From positions 9,070 through 73,069 of the forward strand of contig DATIZL010000010.1 of assembly GCA_035517115.1 (NCBI GenBank): DNA of 64,000 bases. The letters are read 5' to 3'. Positions 59,082 to 64,000 of this stretch are shown in pieces. Source of the stretch: Hyphomicrobium sp. (lineage in GTDB: Bacteria; Pseudomonadota; Alphaproteobacteria; Rhizobiales; Hyphomicrobiaceae). Under the pieces are notes generated by a model. That model saw only the letters and a program-made list of their open reading frames with translations. It was not told the origin of the DNA and did no database searches. The position numbers were made by a program, and so were the translations under genes. Each line of letters begins with the position of its first letter. The stretch's first letter is position 1.

Positions 59082-60527
59082 TCAGTGAAACTCGGCCGCC
59101 GGCGCGCCATTCTCGTCCACGAAGGCGATGCGGATCATGTTGGTCGCCCCGGGCGAGCCGAGCGGCACGCCCGCGGTGATGAGGATGCCGTCGCGCGGCT
59201 TCACGAAGCCCTCGTCGAACGCTATGCGGCAGGCCTTGCTCACCATGTCGGTGAGGTTGGCCGGATCGGCCGTCATCACCGACTGGATGCCCCAGGCGAG
59301 CGAGAGCCGCCGCGCGGTGGCCTCGACCGGTGTCAGGCCGATGATGGGCAGGCCCGGGCGCTCGCGCGTCACGCGCAGCGCGGTCGACCCCGTCGCCGTG
59401 TAGCACACGATGGCCGATAGCTTGACGGTGTCGGCGATGGCATGGGCGGCCGCCGCGATGGCGTCGGCGCCCGTCGGCTGCGGCGTCGTTTGCGTCGCGT
59501 GCACGATGGCGTCGTAGCTCGGATCGGCCTCCACCTCGATGGCGATGCGGTCGACCATCTGCACGGCCTCGAGCGGGAACTGGCCGATGGCCGATTCCGC
59601 CGACAGCATCACCGCGTCGGCGCCGTCGAACACCGCGGTTGCGACATCGGACACCTCCGCGCGCGTGGGCACCGGCGAGGAGATCATGCTTTCGAGCATC
59701 TGCGTGGCGACCACCACCGGCTTGCCCGCGGCGCGCGCCTTGCGCGTGATCTTCTTCTGCAAGCCCGGCACCCGCTCGACCGGGATTTCCACGCCGAGAT
59801 CGCCGCGCGCGACCATGAGGCCGTCGGCGGCGCCGATGATGGCGTCGAGATCGGCGATGGCGGACGGCTTCTCGATCTTGGCGAGGATCGCCGCGCGGTC
59901 GCCGACGAGCTTGCGCACGCCGTGGATGTCGGCCCCGCGCTGCAGGAACGACAGCGCGATCCAGTCGATGCCGATCTTCAACAGATGCGCGAGGTCCGTG
60001 CGGTCCTTGGTCGTGAGCGGGCCGACGGGCAGCAGCGTGTCGGGCAGGCTTATGCCCTTGCGGCTCGACAGTGCGCCCCCGACCAGCACCTCGGCGGCGA
60101 TGCTGTTCGCGGTCGCCTCGATCACGCGCATGCGGATCTTGCCGTCATCGAGCAGCAGCGCGTGGCCCGGCGCCACTGCCGCGAAGATCTGCGGATGCGG
60201 AAGGAACACGCTGTCGTTGCTGCCGGGCTTCTCCTCGCGCTCGAAGCGGAAGACGGAGCCGTCGTTGACGAACACGCGGCCGCCGTGGAAATCGCCGATG
60301 CGGAACTTGGGGCCCTGCAGGTCGGCCAGGAGGCCGATGGGATGGCGGTGACGCTTCGCCACCCAACGCACGGAGTTCTGCAGCGCGCGCGCCGTCTCGT
60401 GCGAGGAGTGGCTCATGTTGATGCGGAATACGTCGACGCCGGCTAGGAACAGGCGCTCGATCGTCTCCGTTGCGGAGGAGGCCGGGCCCAAGGTCGCAAC
60501 CACCTTGACCCGTCTGTTGCGTCTCAT
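59082..60527 (-). CDS. pyk: Pyruvate kinase
   Basis: KVVATLGPAS, FRINMSH, LADLQGPKFR, AKIEK, MVARGDLGVE, ATQMLESM, PTRAEVSDVA. Confidence 0.97.
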   Translation of the reverse strand: MRRNRRVKVVATLGPASSATETIERLFLAGVDVFRINMSHSSHETARALQNSVRWVAKRHRHPIGLLADLQGPKFRIGDFHGGRVFVNDGSVFRFEREEKPGSNDSVFLPHPQIFAAVAPGHALLLDDGKIRMRVIEATANSIAAEVLVGGALSSRKGISLPDTLLPVGPLTTKDRTDLAHLLKIGIDWIALSFLQRGADIHGVRKLVGDRAAILAKIEKPSAIADLDAIIGAADGLMVARGDLGVEIPVERVPGLQKKITRKARAAGKPVVVATQMLESMISSPVPTRAEVSDVATAVFDGADAVMLSAESAIGQFPLEAVQMVDRIAIEVEADPSYDAIVHATQTTPQPTGADAIAAAAHAIADTVKLSAIVCYTATGSTALRVTRERPGLPIIGLTPVEATARRLSLAWGIQSVMTADPANLTDMVSKACRIAFDEGFVKPRDGILITAGVPLGSPGATNMIRIAFVDENGAPAAEFH

Positions 60528-60997
60528 TTCTCAGGCGCCCCGTGATCCTGCTCGGGATCGGTGAGGCGGATGGTCCACTCCTGCGACTCGCCGGTGTCCA
60601 CCTCGAAGAATCCGGTGCGCTTATAGCCGCGTTGGGAGCAGTCTTGAACACCGCGGATCGCGAAGGAGCGGTCGGCTGTGCACATGTAGTTCTTCCCCGC
60701 CCACTCGCCGCCGCGGTCGTAGTCGAGCGCGTGCACGTAGATGAAGCGGCTCGGGACGGCACCCTTCAATAGGGTCTCGCAGGTCTGCGAGGCAATGTTC
60801 CACCAGCCCTCCGTGGCCCAGCCGGTCTGGTCGCGATAGCCGACGGCGACGCCGATGCGGCTCGAGGTGGAGTTGCAGAGCTTGAGGTCGGCGCGAGCGG
60901 AGGCGCCTGCCGCGACGAGCGAGACCATCACGAGCGCCGCCGCAAAGGCGAGCCGCCGCACGCCAAGCCACAGCCGCTCTCGTCGCGCAAGCTCCAC
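60524..60997 (-). CDS. DUF1036 domain exported protein
   Basis: LKLCNST...VAVGY.....W.TEGWWN, CS.RGYKRTGFFEVDTG....WTI.L. Confidence 0.85.
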   Translation of the reverse strand: MELARRERLWLGVRRLAFAAALVMVSLVAAGASARADLKLCNSTSSRIGVAVGYRDQTGWATEGWWNIASQTCETLLKGAVPSRFIYVHALDYDRGGEWAGKNYMCTADRSFAIRGVQDCSQRGYKRTGFFEVDTGESQEWTIRLTDPEQDHGAPEK

Positions 60998-61378
60998 GGC
61001 ATCAGCCCCGCGGCCTGGTCGCGCAGCGCGACGCCATCTGCCACGACCGTTGAGGCGTTATCGACATGGGTTGGGGCCGGCCGAGTGGGAGTGAACCGCC
61101 GGCGGCCCAGAGGCAGCCGGTAGCGCGGTTGTTTTCCAGGAAATTGGCGGCATTGAGATTGGCTGGGCAGCACAGTAGGGGACAAGACGGTCAGGGGTTC
61201 TCTCCGTATGTACACGGCGCCTGGGTGCTCGCGACGGCATCCGCCACGGCGGCGTTCGATGCGGCATCGGAAATCCCCCGAATTCTTGCGGCGTGGTTTG
61301 CGCAATTGTCTCTGTCCCGTCAAGGCGCCGCACCGACGCGGGTGGTTTTCGCCGACCGGCGCAGCTATATTGCCGCGC

Positions 61379-62257
61379 ATGCCAGACGCCGCCCGGCGCG
61401 AAACTTTCCCCCTCATCGCGCCCGACCTCACCGAAAGCTACGAGATCATTCCCGGGCGCAGCGACGCCGGGCTGATCTTGATCTGCGATCACGCCGTCAA
61501 CGACATTCCTGCAGCCTACGGAACGTTGGGGCTCGAGCCCAAGGAGCTCGAGCGGCATATCGCCTACGACATCGGCGCGCTCGCGGTGACGAGGGGCGTC
61601 GCGCAGGCGCTCGGCGTTCCCGCCATCTTCACGAAATTTTCCCGGCTGCTGATCGACGTCAACCGCGGCCTCGACGACCCCACGCTCATCATGCGCATCT
61701 CGGACGGCGCCGTCGTGCCCGGCAACCGCCACCTTAACGAGGCGGAGCACGCAAAGCGCGTCAGCGTCTACTACGAGCCCTATCACCTCGCCATCGACAG
61801 GATGATCGAGACGTGCACGGCGGCGGGCGTGCCGCCCGTGCTCTTGTCGATCCACAGCTTCACCGACAGTTGGAAGGGCGTGCCGCGTCCTTGGCAGGCC
61901 GCGATCCTGTGGGACCGCGACCATCGCTTCGCCGTGCCCATGCTGGAGGCACTACGCGCCGAGCACGGCCTCCTCGTCGGCGAGAACGAGCCCTACGACG
62001 GCAAGCTCGCGGGCGACTGCTTGTGGCAGCACGGCACGCGCCGCGGGCTCGCGCACACCATTATCGAGGTGCGCCAGGATCTCGTGCGTACGCCGGAGGG
62101 GCAAAGGGCCTGGGCGCAGCGCATCGCCGCCGCCGCCAAGGCGATTCTCGGCCGCAGCGATCTGCGCGACGGGCTCCACAGCGTGCACTATTTCGGCTCG
62201 CATACGGACGCGGAGGCCGCCCCGCCGTTCACCGCACTTGCGGCCAAAAGCGCCTGA
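61379..62257 (+). CDS. Predicted N-formylglutamate amidohydrolase (second family member)
   Basis: LICDHAVN.IP, HIAYDIGA, SRLLIDVNRG.DDP, YEPYH, LSIHSFT, GENEPYDG, IEVRQDL. Confidence 0.88.
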   Translation: MPDAARRETFPLIAPDLTESYEIIPGRSDAGLILICDHAVNDIPAAYGTLGLEPKELERHIAYDIGALAVTRGVAQALGVPAIFTKFSRLLIDVNRGLDDPTLIMRISDGAVVPGNRHLNEAEHAKRVSVYYEPYHLAIDRMIETCTAAGVPPVLLSIHSFTDSWKGVPRPWQAAILWDRDHRFAVPMLEALRAEHGLLVGENEPYDGKLAGDCLWQHGTRRGLAHTIIEVRQDLVRTPEGQRAWAQRIAAAAKAILGRSDLRDGLHSVHYFGSHTDAEAAPPFTALAAKSA

Positions 62258-62403
62258 ACGCGGCGCTCTTTTTGCGCAATTGGCCATAACGGCAGCGCTC
62301 TCGCCTTGCGCGAAGAAACCTCTGGATCGCGCAGGCGTTCGCCTTGAAGCCACCCCCAGCCGTCGCTAGCGTCGCCACAAGTTTCACAGCGGGGAGACGC
62401 GAG

Positions 62404-62685
62404 ATGACGACGCTACAGGCTTCGGCGCAAAAGCAGCTGCGCCAGCTCGTCGAGCAGATCGAACGCTTGGAAGAGGAGAAGAAGGCGCTCGCCGGCGACT
62501 TGCGCGACAAGTTCCTCGAGGCGAAGGCCTTGGGCTTCGACGTGAAGGCCCTGCGCCAGATCGTGCGGCTGCGCAAGAAGAGTGCGACCGAGCGGACCGA
62601 GGAGGAGGCCGTCCTCGAGGTCTACATGCACGCGCTCGGGATGTTGAGCGGGGAGCCGGCAGGGTCGATGGTCGCAGCCGAGTGA
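62404..62685 (+). CDS. gapR: GapR / DUF2312 nucleoid-associated protein
   Basis: QLRQLVEQIERLEEEKKA...EAKALGFDVKALRQIVRLRK...EE.VLEVYMHALGM. Confidence 0.85.
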   Translation: MTTLQASAQKQLRQLVEQIERLEEEKKALAGDLRDKFLEAKALGFDVKALRQIVRLRKKSATERTEEEAVLEVYMHALGMLSGEPAGSMVAAE

Positions 62686-62934
62686 TCGGCGCGCGAGACG
62701 GCAAGCGAAGCGGGAGGTTAAGAGGGCGCCCCGCCCGATTCGGCGCTCGGCCGAGGCGCCCACGGCTAGAGAAGGGTGAGTTAGCCCAACCTCGCCGGTT
62801 CTGGATCGGCGCGGGCCGCAAAAGCTCAAAGCTTGCGCACAGCCACGCCGCGATAACCTTGCGTGCCTGTTATCTAGACAGGAAGCAGCATAAGTTCTAA
62901 TCGTTTATTGTTACTCGTGGGATCAGAGTTTCTT

Positions 62935-63897
62935 ATGCCTCCGCACGTAACGCTGAAGCAGCTCCGCTATTTCGACGCGCTGGCCCGCGAGCAGCATTTC
63001 GGCCGCGCCGCGGAGACCTGCGCGGTGACGCAGCCGGCCCTTTCCATGCAGATCCACGAGCTCGAGGAGCAGCTCGGCCTCGTGCTCGTCGAGCGCACGC
63101 GAGCGGGTGTGCTTCTGTCAGACAAGGGGCGCGAGATCGCGGAGCGGGCCGCCCGCATCCTCGGCGACGTGCGCGAGATGGTCGAGTTTGCCCAGCACGC
63201 CAAGGAGCTGCTGTCGGGCTCGCTGCGCCTGGGCGTGATCCCCTCGATTGCCCCCTACATGCTGCCGCCCTTGCTGCCGCTGTTGCGCGAGGGCTATCCG
63301 CATTTGGAGCTGCACGTGCGCGAGACGCAGACGCTGCCGCTGACGCACGAGCTGATCGAGGGCAAGCTCGACGTGCTCCTGCTCGCGCTGCCGATCGTGC
63401 ACGCCGAGATCGATACGCTGCCGCTGTTCGACGACCGGTTCCTGCTTGCGCTGCCGAGCGCGCGGCGCCTCAGCGCGCGCGTGCGCGCGACCAAGGACCT
63501 CGTCGAGCACGAGCGCCTCCTGCTCCTGGAGGAGGGCCACTGCCTGCGCGACCAGGCGCTCACCTACTGCAACCTGCAGCAGTCCTCGACCGTCAACACG
63601 TTCGGCGTCTCCAGCTTGTCGACCATCGTGGAGATGGTGGCAGCAGGCTACGGCATCACGCTTCTGCCCGAGATGTGCCTCAACGTGGAGGCGCGCGGGC
63701 GCGAGATCGGGTTGACGCGCTTCGTCGACCCGGAGCCCTACCGCACGGTCGGACTCGCGTGGCGGGCGACCTCGCCGCGCGTGGATGATTTTCGTGAGCT
63801 TGGGCGGCTGATCAAGGTCGCGTGGTCGAAAGGCTGCGTGCCGCCGGGCCGCAAGAACCCCCGGCACAAGCGTCCGCTCACCGAGCCGGCGTCTTGA
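62935..63897 (+). CDS. oxyR: LysR-family peroxide sensor OxyR
   Basis: TLKQLRYF.AL.RE.HFGRAAE.C.VTQPALSMQI helix-turn-helix; LLEEGHCLRDQALTYC carries both redox Cys. Confidence 0.88.
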   Translation: MPPHVTLKQLRYFDALAREQHFGRAAETCAVTQPALSMQIHELEEQLGLVLVERTRAGVLLSDKGREIAERAARILGDVREMVEFAQHAKELLSGSLRLGVIPSIAPYMLPPLLPLLREGYPHLELHVRETQTLPLTHELIEGKLDVLLLALPIVHAEIDTLPLFDDRFLLALPSARRLSARVRATKDLVEHERLLLLEEGHCLRDQALTYCNLQQSSTVNTFGVSSLSTIVEMVAAGYGITLLPEMCLNVEARGREIGLTRFVDPEPYRTVGLAWRATSPRVDDFRELGRLIKVAWSKGCVPPGRKNPRHKRPLTEPAS

Positions 63898-64000
63898 CGG
63901 GTTGCGAGGCCGCGGCATCTGCGGCTGGGGATGCGGCGCGCGCTGGTCCGAGCGCGGAGGCATCGACCGCGTCGCCGCGGAACTGCTGGGCCCTCGCCAC

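Overview
GC-rich chromosomal segment of an alphaproteobacterium (Hyphomicrobiales, most likely Hyphomicrobiaceae-like; inferred from gene content and synteny, not from a database search). It is mostly core genome: TRAP transporter genes, mrp, infC-(extra gene)-rpmI-rplT-pheS-pheT, ndh, lytic transglycosylase, mbfA, lepA, cspA-infA, opgD, polA, phaZ, asmA, speD, gltBD, ibpA, hisN, cpdR, rpmJ, pyk, gapR and oxyR, plus tRNA-Arg(CCG) and tRNA-Val(GAC). I see no CRISPR array, transposase, integrase or prophage. Several real features are missing from the ORF track: pqqA, rpmJ, a 52-aa secreted peptide, both tRNAs, two tandem suhB/alpha-r8 (MmgR-like) sRNAs, a ROSE thermometer, an Irr box and three families of palindromic REP-like repeats. 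The best candidate for an undescribed system is the speD leader (43686-43840). It has a 10-codon upstream ORF lying on an anti-Shine-Dalgarno arm and mutually exclusive helices that lock or free the speD start site, consistent with a translational attenuator or riboswitch for polyamine synthesis. Other leads are an orphan pqqA, a sorbosone-dehydrogenase/cytochrome c fusion, an HCF101-like Mrp-DUF971 fusion, a membrane protein with a primase-type winged-helix tail, and a lower-GC islet of small secreted Cys peptides at the tRNA-Arg 3' end. All structures, GC impressions and family assignments were made by eye.
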